NCBI GenBank assembly: GCA_963828525.1
Contig: CAWHEP010000008.1
Span: forward strand, 256,001 to 320,000
DNA: 64,000 nt
Direction of reading: 5' to 3'
Origin: an uncultured Verrucomicrobiae bacterium
GTDB lineage: Bacteria; Verrucomicrobiota; Verrucomicrobiia; Chthoniobacterales; Chthoniobacteraceae
The notes beneath the pieces are model-generated. The model was not told the DNA's origin. It did no database searches and saw nothing but the letters and a program-made list of their open reading frames with translations. Positions 31,829-43,965 of this stretch are shown in pieces (the stretch's first letter is position 1; each line of letters starts with the position of its first letter). The position numbers and the translations under genes are program-made.

Positions 31829-32764
31829 CTACTCTGCCTTCGGCGAAGGCGCGCGGACTGCGAATTCCGCGCGTAGTCGGGTAATCCGTTTCGGGCTTGT
31901 CGCGAGCACCCATCCCAAGCCCCTGCAAAGAAACTCGTGTTTCCGGCCCCCTTTGAGTCCGCGTCGGCAGGCTTCCTTGTCCAGACGGAGCAGTTTCTCA
32001 GCGTCTTTCTTCCTTTCAGCGCGTCCCGCGGCGAGAACGGGTCCCTGCCTTCTGGCGGCGCGGGCGCGATGGAGGTTCATCACCGCATCCCAGCGGACAT
32101 CCCGCTTGTAATCAAAGGACCAGTACGCGGGTATGAAAATCATGGTGCCGTGCGGCGTGACGTTTACCGAAAGCTTCATCAGCAACGGAGTATCGCCCTG
32201 CACTCCGTAGAGGTTCCAGCGCAGACAGAAGGCGTCGAACACGGCCTGAAACCGCCCGTCTCGCTTCTTCCAGGCGACCGAGAATGGCTCTCGGAGATTG
32301 CGCTCAGCGCCCAGGGTTCTGCGGATCACACCCTTGCGGTCGCGATAGCCGTCCACATTCCATAGTTCCTTGATGCGGTTCCACTCGAGATTCAGCGCCG
32401 GGTCGGAGGCCACTGCCTTCTCCGAGGCGTCGAATTTTGCCGTCGTCGTGACCAGATCCTCGTAATGACCTCGCTGCACATCGTGTTCATGCCGGGCCAC
32501 GACAGCGCGTACCTTTTCGCCCGGAGAAGCAGGCAGCACTTCCAGCAGCAGCCGCATCTCGTCATCAAACAATTTCCCGGTGGAGATTCGCGCGAGGAAC
32601 GCCCGGAAAACGTCCTGAATATTGAAGGGCCAGAGGGTAATGGGGACGAACATCCAACGGTAAAGAGGTTCCAGTTCCTTCACCGCTGCATCGCCCTTAA
32701 GGCGGCGGATTTCATGGTAGCGCCTGATTTCCGGCTCGCTGTAACTCTCGCCGGTAGAATGCAA
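31829..32764 (-). CDS. Hypothetical protein with a basic, helical C-terminus; start uncertain
   Basis: Intact 311-codon ORF, Trp/Arg-rich, co-oriented upstream of the AAA ATPase. Confidence 0.75.
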   Translation of the reverse strand: MHSTGESYSEPEIRRYHEIRRLKGDAAVKELEPLYRWMFVPITLWPFNIQDVFRAFLARISTGKLFDDEMRLLLEVLPASPGEKVRAVVARHEHDVQRGHYEDLVTTTAKFDASEKAVASDPALNLEWNRIKELWNVDGYRDRKGVIRRTLGAERNLREPFSVAWKKRDGRFQAVFDAFCLRWNLYGVQGDTPLLMKLSVNVTPHGTMIFIPAYWSFDYKRDVRWDAVMNLHRARAARRQGPVLAAGRAERKKDAEKLLRLDKEACRRGLKGGRKHEFLCRGLGWVLATSPKRITRLRAEFAVRAPSPKAE

Positions 32765-32919
32765 GAGAGCCGAGTCGTTTCAAATCCTCTTGCAGCCGGG
32801 ACGCCATCAGGCGGCAACACTATCAACGCGGCGGTGCCCAGACAATGATTGTCACCAATCAATGACGTGGAGACGGCCCCGGCGGCATGAAATGCTGGGA
32901 CGTTTCATTACCCAATGCC

Positions 32920-33731
32920 ATGACGCTGCTTCTCACCTCAGATCTGCATAGGGACGGCACAAAGCTGCTTTGGCTGCTGGATGAGGCTCCAGCGCATGAC
33001 GCGCTGTTCGTCGCAGGCGACTTGCTCGACATGTTCTCCAACGCAGATTTGCCCAGCAGGGCGTAGGCGCGCTCAAATGGCGCGAGGCCGTCCTCGAGGC
33101 CGGGAGATTTTTTGCCTGGTGCAGCGGCAGCCATGATTTCTTCATGGATGATAACACCCCTCTCTCCGGAGCATCGCCTCGCTGGATGAAAAAGGCGCCG
33201 CTCTCCGGCAACTGTGTTACGGACGGAGAGAGCCGGCTTCTCAGCGTCGGCATGGAGAGCATCGCCATTTCGAGCATTCCCTGGCCCCTTCCCAGGGGCA
33301 GGCTGTTTGTGGACGAGAAGCCGACTGCGTATGCGGACATCACGCGAGAGCTTTTGCGGGCGGGCAAAAAGCTCCGCGCGGAGGAGCGGGCGCCATGGCT
33401 GATCCTTTGTCACGAGCCGCCTGGCGGCACGCCTCTCACGGCTGGCTACACGGCCCCCGAAGCCGATTTCACGAGGCGGCTAATCGAGGCCGCCGAGCCG
33501 GATTTCTCGTTGCACGGCCACATACATGACGCGCCGACTTCCACTGGCGGATCCTGGATTTGGCGGATCGGGAAAACTGTCTGCTTTAATGCGGGGCAGT
33601 CCTGCGATGGGCGACTCCCGCGCTACATCCTCCTGCACTGGCGCGGCTACGGCGACTGGAACGCAGTATGGCACGGCGACGGGCGGATTCTGCACGCCGA
33701 TTCGCGGCATTTTAGAGCGGAGCGAGATTGA
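32920..33731 (+). CDS. Icc-like metallophosphoesterase, frameshift at ~33055
   Basis: MTLLLTSDLH, VAGDLLD, CSGSHD, LCHEPP, LHGHIHD, FNAGQ. Confidence 0.8.
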
Positions 33732-33942
33732 ACCGCGCGGGAAGTGTGACACGTGGGGTTGCAAAGAAGTGACATCTTGTCGCTTTGTGGCGTCGGGTAC
33801 TTCCGGACGCCTCGGCGAGGCTTCCCTACCAGTGTTTGCTGTAGGGAACTATGACACTTGTGTCAGCAATCCCGAGATTTCGGCTGAACTTTTCCCGCGC
33901 AGTGGCGTCTAATACGTTATGCGGAACGTAGTCTAGATGGCA

Positions 33943-33958
33943 TGGCATCCAACCTGCT
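33943..33958 (+). promoter_or_regulatory. Sigma54 (-24/-12) promoter candidate
   Basis: TGGCATCCAACCTGCT has the exact GG-N10-GC spacing and ends 33 nt before the ATG at 33992. Confidence 0.55.
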
Positions 33959-33991
33959 TTAGGTGAGATCAGCCAGCAACCAAGGATAAAT

Positions 33992-34180
33992 ATGAACAAT
34001 TCAATGAAGAAGCAGCATCGGAAATCACCACGCAGCTACAGCTTGGGAGATTTGATCATGGCTGTGAGCAGTTACAGCGAGAACAGCCGCGAGACCGTGG
34101 CGGCGGTAGCGGACCTCCTGGAGACCGGCCGAGTTCGGTTTGCCTCCAACGGCCGCAAGATTCGCGCTCGCGTCTGCTAA
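33992..34180 (+). CDS. Small hypothetical protein (62 aa)
   Basis: AAGGA RBS; SLGDLIMAV...VAAVADLLETGRVRF amphipathic pattern; promoter upstream. Confidence 0.65.
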   Translation: MNNSMKKQHRKSPRSYSLGDLIMAVSSYSENSRETVAAVADLLETGRVRFASNGRKIRARVC

Positions 34181-34238
34181 GCAGACCTCTGGAAGTTTTC
34201 CCTTTTTGAACGGCTGGGAGGCTCGTATCCTCCCGGCT

Positions 34239-35531
34239 GTGATTGAACGTTATTCGCTCCCTGCGATGCGCCGACTGTGGTCGGAGCAACGTAAATACGA
34301 ACTCTGGCTCGAGATCGAGGTGCTTGCCTGCGAAGCTCTCGCCGAAGCTGGTAAAATCCCCGTGTCCGACGCGGAGGTCATCCGCGCCAAGGCGCGATTC
34401 TCGTTGCCAGAGATCGCTGAAATCGAGCTTCGCACGAATCATGATGTCATCGCGTTTCTCGAAAATGTCGCCAGCTACGTAGGCCCGGAGGCCCGTTGGA
34501 TACATCACGGCCTGACGTCCTCAGACGTCCTCGATACCGCGCTCGCGGCGCAGATGAACGAGTCGTGCGGATTGTTGATCGAGGACCTCATGGATTTATG
34601 CCGCGTCGCCGCCAGGCGCGCGGTTGAATTCAAGAAGACTCCGATGATCGGGCGGAGCCATGGCATCCACGCGGAGCCGGTTACCTTCGGTCTGAAGCTG
34701 GCGCTCATGTATGATGAGTTCGGAAGAGCCATTGAGCGTCTGACGGAGGTTCGCGAGCGCGTACGAGTAGGCAAACTTAGCGGGGCGGTAGGCACACACG
34801 CGCATCTGGACCCGGGCGTGGAGAAAAGAGTATGCGAGCGGCTCGGCCTCCTGCCCGCGACCCTTTCCACACAGGTGATCCAGCGAGACCGGCACGCGGA
34901 ATTCATGAGCGCGCTCGCGCTGATCGCCTCCAGCGTGGATCGATGGGCGACCGAGTTCCGGCATCTCCAGCGCACCGAAGTCCTGGAGGTGGAGGAGTAT
35001 TTTCACCCGGGGCAGAAAGGAAGTTCCGCGATGCCTCACAAGCGGAACCCGATCACAGGCGAACGCCTGAGCGGACTCGCCCGCGTTATCCGCGGGAATT
35101 CGGTTGCGGCGCTGGAAAACGTCGCGCTCTGGCATGAACGCGACATCAGCCACAGCAGCGTTGAGAGGATCATCCTTCCCGACTCATGCGCCTTGGTGGA
35201 CTACATGCTCGTGACGTTGAAAAAGCTGGTGGATCGCCTGCTGGTGTATCCGGAGAACATGCTGCGCAATCTGGAAAAGACCCGGGGCCTCTATTTTAGC
35301 CAATCCATACTCCTCAGCCTTACTGAAAAGGGAATGGAGCGAAAAGTGGCGTACGAGGCTGTTCAGAGAGCCGCAATGAAAACGTGGGCTGGAAGCAATA
35401 CATTCCAGGAGAACTTGCGAGAAGAACCACAGATCAGTTCGCACCTTACCGCTGGGGAAATCGAGAGCCTATGCTCGCTGGACATCCACTTTAAGCATGT
35501 GGACGAAACCTTCGAGAGATTAGGTTTGTAG
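34239..35531 (+). CDS. purB: Adenylosuccinate lyase
   Basis: GTG start MIERYS; HDVIAF, HHGLTSSD, GRSHGIHAEP, GSSAMPHKRNP, WHERDISHSS. Confidence 0.96.
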   Translation: MIERYSLPAMRRLWSEQRKYELWLEIEVLACEALAEAGKIPVSDAEVIRAKARFSLPEIAEIELRTNHDVIAFLENVASYVGPEARWIHHGLTSSDVLDTALAAQMNESCGLLIEDLMDLCRVAARRAVEFKKTPMIGRSHGIHAEPVTFGLKLALMYDEFGRAIERLTEVRERVRVGKLSGAVGTHAHLDPGVEKRVCERLGLLPATLSTQVIQRDRHAEFMSALALIASSVDRWATEFRHLQRTEVLEVEEYFHPGQKGSSAMPHKRNPITGERLSGLARVIRGNSVAALENVALWHERDISHSSVERIILPDSCALVDYMLVTLKKLVDRLLVYPENMLRNLEKTRGLYFSQSILLSLTEKGMERKVAYEAVQRAAMKTWAGSNTFQENLREEPQISSHLTAGEIESLCSLDIHFKHVDETFERLGL

Positions 35532-35566
35532 CACGTGATCGCGACGTCCGGCGGGGAGCCCTGCTT

Positions 35567-36370
35567 TCACCGGGGCGCGAGCGCGTCAGCAGTCCCGGGA
35601 TCCGGCAACTCCCAATCACGCCATTTTTTCTTATACTCGGCCCAAGGCAGGAGAGCGTAGCGGGGGCGCTTGTCCGCGCGAAGCCAGGTGATCAGCCGGG
35701 TGAGATCTTCCTCGGCCATGGTTGTGCAACCTGAACTCGGGCGCGAAGGGCCGCGACGGATGTGGATAAAAATGGCGCTCCCGGCCCCCGGAATGGCGGG
35801 ATCTTCGTTATGTTTCACGTCGATGAGCCAGCGGTAAGCAAAATCTTTCTGGCGCATTTTCTCCTTGGAGAACCACGGCGGCGGCGCGGCGGGGTCGATC
35901 ACGACATGGCGGTTGTAATCGGGGGATCGAGGATCATCCACCCAGGCGTCAGCGTCGGTCACCTGATGATATGGATAGTCGCCACCCGGAGGAAGCGCGT
36001 GGTCATAGCCGTAGATTTCTCCCAAGGCGAACACGCCGGCTGGCGCCCGCCAGTCATGCTCTACTTTCCGGAGGCCTGGTTCATTGGTTCCATAAATGCC
36101 CCTGCCCCACGCGAGCCCGTTTTTCCCAAACAAGACCGGGATGGGACTCGAAACGGCCTTCCAGCTTCCTCCCGGGCGCTCGAAACGTTGGAGCTTGCCG
36201 GCGGAAGAACTCCACGCGGGCGCGATACTGAGGATGATTTGCTGGCACCCCGCGTCGCTTGCGCTCGAAGCGCAGGCACATAGCAGAACGAGCATCGCGA
36301 GGAAGAAGCCACAGAGGTTAGTAGCCGAAGACATGGAAACGATACTGGCGGTTTTGCGCATCATCCCCAT
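35567..36370 (-). CDS. YkuD-like L,D-transpeptidase family protein
   Basis: GKNGLAWG, KVEHDWRAPAGVF, WVDDPRSPDYN, catalytic His/Cys in IFIHIRRGPSRPSSGC. Confidence 0.85.
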   Translation of the reverse strand: MGMMRKTASIVSMSSATNLCGFFLAMLVLLCACASSASDAGCQQIILSIAPAWSSSAGKLQRFERPGGSWKAVSSPIPVLFGKNGLAWGRGIYGTNEPGLRKVEHDWRAPAGVFALGEIYGYDHALPPGGDYPYHQVTDADAWVDDPRSPDYNRHVVIDPAAPPPWFSKEKMRQKDFAYRWLIDVKHNEDPAIPGAGSAIFIHIRRGPSRPSSGCTTMAEEDLTRLITWLRADKRPRYALLPWAEYKKKWRDWELPDPGTADALAPR

Positions 36371-36435
36371 ACTACCGCGCAATAAACAATCGCCAATCAC
36401 TCATTCGTTCGCTCCTCGCCTGCGGCGTTATCACC

Positions 36436-38239
36436 ATGGCTGTCTTTGCCGTGTACTGGCCCGCTGTTCAGAACGGCTTCGTATGGGATGATACCGCGCT
36501 CGTGCTGCGCGATCCGTTTATTCGAAGCTGGCGTCTCGTTCCAGCCGGATTCGGACATTATCTGTTCACAGATGCCACCGCGTCGAACTTCTACCGCCCA
36601 TTGCAGAGGCTGACTTACACGCTCGATTACGCTTTGTATGATTTCCGTCCCGCCGGATACCACCTTACAAATATTCTGCTCCAGGTCGCCGCCGCAATGG
36701 CGCTGTGGCTCTTCGCTCGAAAACTGACGGGCTTTTGGGGAAGTCGAGTCACAGAAGTTTGCGTGTTCCTCGCGTGCGTCGCGTGGGCGATCCATCCCCT
36801 GCACAGCTCGGCTGTGATCTATGTCGCGGGCCGGGCAGACCTGCTGGCAGCAGCGTTTGGTTTTTTCGGTCTTTATCTGGTCGAAACAGCGCTCACGGGA
36901 AAGCGAAAGCTGCTCTGCTGGGGCGGCGCAGCCTTGTGCCTTCTCTGCGCGATGTTGTCCAAGGAAAGCGGGGTGATTTTTCCTTTGATATCGCTCGTCC
37001 TGTTCACTGGGCGCAAATGGGCAGGGCCAAACCAGGCTGCCGAATGGCCTGTCTTTTCCGCGCGTGGCCTCCGGTGGTGGCTGACCGCTCTGTTCCTGGT
37101 GGCATCCTTTTATTGTGCTCTGCGGTTTACGGCATTAGAGATCCCGCCGCCGCCGGGACCGCGCGCGCCGATCGCGGCGCGGCCTCTCCTTGTTGCCCGG
37201 GCGTGGGCGGAGTACACGGGTCTGCTGCTACTGCCCCGGAACTTGCACATGGAGCGGGATCTGATTCCGATCTATGCAGGCGATATGCAAAAAACGGTAG
37301 CGGAAGCGCTGCTGCTGGGAGTTTCAGACGCTGCTCGGCTGCCTCCTGATCGCTGGTTTTATCCTCTGGTGTCGCTGGTCGTGGCGGGAGTTTCCGATGG
37401 CTTTCCGGCTCCTGATGGCATTCGTGGCCGCGTACCTGCCGATCAGCAACCTTTTCTCGCTTAACGCGACGGCCGCCGAACACTGGCTGTACGTTCCAAG
37501 CGCCTTTCTTCTCCTGGCGGCAGCGCTGTCTATCGAACACGCGCTGACGCGCAAACAGGTCGGGCCAGCGCCGATTTTTGCCCTCGCAGCAGGATGGATG
37601 ATCTTTCTGGGCTCCCGCGCCTTCATCCGGAACGCCGACTGGCATGATGATCGACGCTTCCTGGAAAGCGCGATCCGGGATGGGGGGGATTCCGCGCGAA
37701 TGCTCATCAACCTGGGTTCGCTGGAATCTTCCGAAGGGCATTTCGGGCTCGCGATTGAGGACTTCAACAGCGCACTGCGGCGGGCTCCGAACAAGCCCTT
37801 TGCCCGACTCGGGCTCGCGGCAGCCTATATACGCATGCGCGACTTTCCGCATGCCCGCGAACAACTGAACGATCTCTCCCGCGTGGCATTCGTCCGAGCT
37901 GAGTACCTGGATTACATGGCCACGCTGGAGTACCAGGAAAAGGGGGCCGACAGGCTCGACCTGCTGGAAGAAGCGGCCCGGTTGGGATCATGGGCTGCCG
38001 AGAAGCAGTATATCTCGCACCTGGCGGAGCGCGGCGACAAAATGTCCGCGATCAAGGAACTGCAAAGAGTGCTGGAGCGCGAGCCATTCCGGGCGGAGAC
38101 CTGGAAGATGCTGGGGAAACTGCTCGAGCCAAACCGTCCTGACCTGGCAAAAATGGCCTACGGCCAGGCGAGCGAATACGACGCGCATGACGAAGACTCG
38201 CGAGCTGCCCTTGCTTTACTCTCGGGCGGGGTGAGATAA
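36436..38239 (+). CDS. TMTC-like GT-C glycosyltransferase with C-terminal TPRs, frameshift at ~37315
   Basis: GFVWDD, FYRPL, YHLTNILL, HPLHSSAV.YVAGRADLL, SKESG, AEHWLYVPS, RNADW, then TPR-like helices. Confidence 0.85.
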
Positions 38240-38327
38240 TCGCCTCTCCCATTTATCGGGGCGGCGTTCGTCAATTTTAGCGGGACAAACAGCCGAAAAC
38301 CCCCTCAAACAGGATTCTACCAACTAT

Positions 38328-41667
<3,340 letters not shown>

Positions 41668-41767
41668 GATACAGCCATCGACCCTTCCGGTTGGATGCGC
41701 GGGAAGCGCGCATCGCGGATTGGCAACCTTGTAATGCCCAGCCGAACTGGCTATTGAAAATAGCCAC

Positions 41768-43864
41768 ATGGAATCCGCTTCTTTCTCGCGCCATTCTGGG
41801 AACGAACAGGCGGTGAAACCTTCGCGCTCGCTCCTTGCTTCCGTTTCCTGGTGTCTCGTCGCCTTGCTAGGCGCCGGGAGCCTCGCTGTACTCGCCATCT
41901 CGCGCGGAGAACAGGTGAGCGCGCTATGGATCGTTGTTGCCTCTGTCTGTGTTTTCATGGTGGCGTGGCGCTTCCATTCAGCCTGGCTCACGGCAAAGGT
42001 TCTGACTCTTGATGAAACCCGCGCCACACCGGCGATTCTCCACGAGGACGGCAAGGATTTCGTTCCGACCAACAGATGGGTCGTATTCGGACATCATTTT
42101 GCCGCGATTGCCGGACCGGGCCCGCTGGTCGGCCCTGTCCTGGCAGCGCAGTTTGGCTTCATGCCTGGCCTGCTATGGATGTTGATAGGGGCCACACTGG
42201 GCGGGGCTGTGCATGATTGCCTTATCCTGTTCTGTTCTTTGCGCCGCAGAGGGAAGTCGCTCGGGCAGATGATGGCCGATGAAGTGGGACCTGTCGCGGG
42301 TTTCATCGCGCTCGTCAGCACGGCTGCGATTCTGGTGATCCTCCTCGCGGTTCTGGGACTTGTGGTCGTGAAGGCGCTCGCGGAAAGCGCCTGGGGTCTT
42401 TCAACCATTCTGGCCTCGATCCCTATCGCCCTCGCGATGGGACTGCTGATGCGTAAGACGCGGCTTCATGTCGGCGTCACGAGCCTGCTCGGCATTCTTG
42501 CGCTGCTGCTTTCGGTCGTCGCGGGTCAGTGGATTGCGGGAACGCCTCTCGAACGCTGGTTGACACTGGATGGCAAAACTCTGGCGGTTGGCATCATGAT
42601 CTACGCCATCCTCGTCTCTTCCCTGCCCGTCTGGCTGCTTCTCGCTCCGAGGGATTACCTGTGCTCGTACATGAAGATTGGCGCGGTTGCGCTTTTGGCG
42701 CTCGCAATTGTCATCCTGGCTCCGCGATTGCAAATGCCGGCGCTGACGCGGTTTGTGGATGGCAGCGGCCCAGTGTTCGCGGGACCCGTGTTCCCTTTCT
42801 GCTTCATTACCATCGCCTGCGCGGCGGTATCGGGCTTCCACGCGCTCATCGCCTCCGGCACCACGCCAAAGCTGCTCGCCCGCGAACGCGACATCCGCTT
42901 GATCGGCTACGGAGCCATGATCACTGAGATGCTCGTCGGCATCATGGCGCTGATCGCCGCCTGCGTAATGCAGCCGGGCGAATACTTTGCCATCAACATG
43001 AAGGGGTCAGCCGCGGAAGTTACTGCCGCAGTTACCAACCTGGGCTTTCCCATAACCGAGACCCACATGGCCCAGCTTGCCGCCAGCGTCGGCGAGCATT
43101 CGATGATCGGGAGAACCGGTGGAGCGCCCACCTTCGCGTTAGGCATGGCCCACATGTTTAGCGGCATCTTCCGCAGCCAGACTGCAATGTCGCTCTGGTA
43201 TCACTTCGCAATCATGTTCGAGGCTATGTTCATCCTCACCACCATTGATGCCGGCACGCGCGTCGGAAGGTTTCTCACGCAGGACCTGCTTGGAGCTTTC
43301 TGGAAACCGCTCAAACGCACCGACTGGGCTCCGGGATCAATAGTCGCGGGCGTCCTCTTCGTCGGCGCGTGGGGCTGGTTCCTGTATCAGGGCGTGGCAG
43401 ACCCGTTGGGCGGGATCAATTCTTTGTGGCCGATCTTCGGGATCGCAAACCAGTTGCTTGCTGTCATCGCTCTGTGCCTGGGCACGACAGTGCTTCTCAA
43501 AATGCACGGCGCGCGGTTCATCTGGGTGCCGCTTCTGCCGCTCGCCTGGCTGCTTTCAGTAACCCTGACGGCTGGATGGATGAAGCTCTTCAGTCACAGC
43601 CCGAAGCTCGGATTCCTCAGCGCGGCCGCGGACTTTCGCGGAAAGCTGGCCAGCGGCGGCAGCCCGCTCCAAGTGGCCGCATGGCGAAGCCAGCTCCTGA
43701 ACAGCCAGGTGGACGCGGCGGTCACCGCCATCTTCATACTACTTGTGCTGCTGATCGTCACCTCCTGCGCCCGCGTGTGGTGGCAGCTTCTCGCGCGAAC
43801 CCGCTCGCCCTCGATGAGTGAGGATCCCTACGTCGCTGCAACGCTCACCGAGGCGGCATTCTGA
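41768..43864 (+). CDS. cstA: Carbon starvation protein A / BtsT-family transporter
   Basis: DGKDFVPT, FGHHFAAIAGPGPLVGP, LAPRDYL, SGFHALIASGTTPK, RTGGAPT, LWPIFGIANQLLA. Confidence 0.95.
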   Translation: MESASFSRHSGNEQAVKPSRSLLASVSWCLVALLGAGSLAVLAISRGEQVSALWIVVASVCVFMVAWRFHSAWLTAKVLTLDETRATPAILHEDGKDFVPTNRWVVFGHHFAAIAGPGPLVGPVLAAQFGFMPGLLWMLIGATLGGAVHDCLILFCSLRRRGKSLGQMMADEVGPVAGFIALVSTAAILVILLAVLGLVVVKALAESAWGLSTILASIPIALAMGLLMRKTRLHVGVTSLLGILALLLSVVAGQWIAGTPLERWLTLDGKTLAVGIMIYAILVSSLPVWLLLAPRDYLCSYMKIGAVALLALAIVILAPRLQMPALTRFVDGSGPVFAGPVFPFCFITIACAAVSGFHALIASGTTPKLLARERDIRLIGYGAMITEMLVGIMALIAACVMQPGEYFAINMKGSAAEVTAAVTNLGFPITETHMAQLAASVGEHSMIGRTGGAPTFALGMAHMFSGIFRSQTAMSLWYHFAIMFEAMFILTTIDAGTRVGRFLTQDLLGAFWKPLKRTDWAPGSIVAGVLFVGAWGWFLYQGVADPLGGINSLWPIFGIANQLLAVIALCLGTTVLLKMHGARFIWVPLLPLAWLLSVTLTAGWMKLFSHSPKLGFLSAAADFRGKLASGGSPLQVAAWRSQLLNSQVDAAVTAIFILLVLLIVTSCARVWWQLLARTRSPSMSEDPYVAATLTEAAF

Positions 43865-43965
43865 GGAGCCATCGCCGTCTCTGGCCGAGGGTATTTTGCC
43901 TTATTGTCCTGGCCGGACTGCCTTTTCTTCGCGCCACCGAATCAGGGAGGCAGGACACTGTATCG

